A stretch of DNA of 64,000 bases from Octopus sinensis. Its lineage: Eukaryota. The stretch's first letter is position 1, and every line of letters begins with the position of its first letter. The translations under genes were made by a program, and so were the position numbers. Under the pieces are notes generated by a model. The model did not search any database, had not been told where the DNA came from, and saw only the letters and a program-made list of their open reading frames with translations. The DNA lies in the NCBI RefSeq assembly GCF_006345805.1, contig NC_043011.1:2604001-2668000 (forward strand). Reading direction: 5' to 3'. Shown here one piece after another: positions 63,492 to 64,000 of this stretch.

Positions 63492-64000
63492 ATTATATTA
63501 TTATTATTATTATTATTGAGTGAGAGAGCAGTTCATGCCATCAAAGTGACACTGGGGTAAAATATACGAAGCCCAATATACCCATCATGACTACCCGTCT
63601 GATAAAGGTACACCAGGCACATGCATCACAACCATATGTGCGCGACATGGTGATCTCATATCAAGATAAACAGCACATGACCTTGCAGGTGGGGCCCAGT
63701 TAGAATTTTCTTCAGGTTGAGTAGCCCATCCTGCTCAAAAGGTCCCTGAATAAGTGTTGCTTTAGGATGTTGAACGAAACACCTATGTTTCCAGAGGTGA
63801 ACCATTCAAACCCCAAAGAATCCCTCTCAACACATGGCCATGATGCTCCCCCACTACTTCTGCTCGTGATCAGAGATGCACATATCGTCAGCCACTAAGG
63901 GACATGCTCAACTGGTTAAGGTCAAACAACTGACAAGCAAATCTGTGGTATTGAACAGAATATTTGCTGTAGCCCATCTTTTATACCAAGACAAAACAAT
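63492..64000 (-). mobile_element. Second copy of the R4/Dong-type LINE 3' UTR with (AAT)n tail (runs out of window)
   Basis: Reverse-complement match to 43225-43750 (ggtcatg...gatatgagatcaccatgtc...gtcactttgatggcatg...ctctc(a/c)ctcaataataat). Confidence 0.85.

Overview
AT-rich, microsatellite-dense eukaryotic DNA. The SINE families look like those I associate with octopus/coleoid cephalopod genomes (inference from recall, not a database match). I found no intact host protein-coding gene, and nearly all ORFs in the supplied track are microsatellite or repeat artefacts, so the window is probably intronic or intergenic. It is mostly decayed mobile DNA: at least three Penelope-like elements (one with RT plus GIY-YIG, two GIY-YIG 3' remnants), a piggyBac transposase remnant abutting an R4/Dong-type (RLE) LINE 3' end, a mariner remnant, RTE-clade LINE fragments, a complete non-autonomous Helitron, several MITEs, and about 35 copies of five or six tRNA-derived or (GAT)n-tailed SINE families. 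The most unusual feature is a recurrent architecture of (TA)n tract, element, inverted fold-back copy, (TA)n tract. It occurs at least eight times, from a perfect 165-bp-arm palindrome to older degenerate ones. Hammerhead-ribozyme-like motifs also occur in TA-embedded elements. Together these suggest a microsatellite-targeting, self-priming Penelope-type system that generates genomic palindromes (hypothesis).
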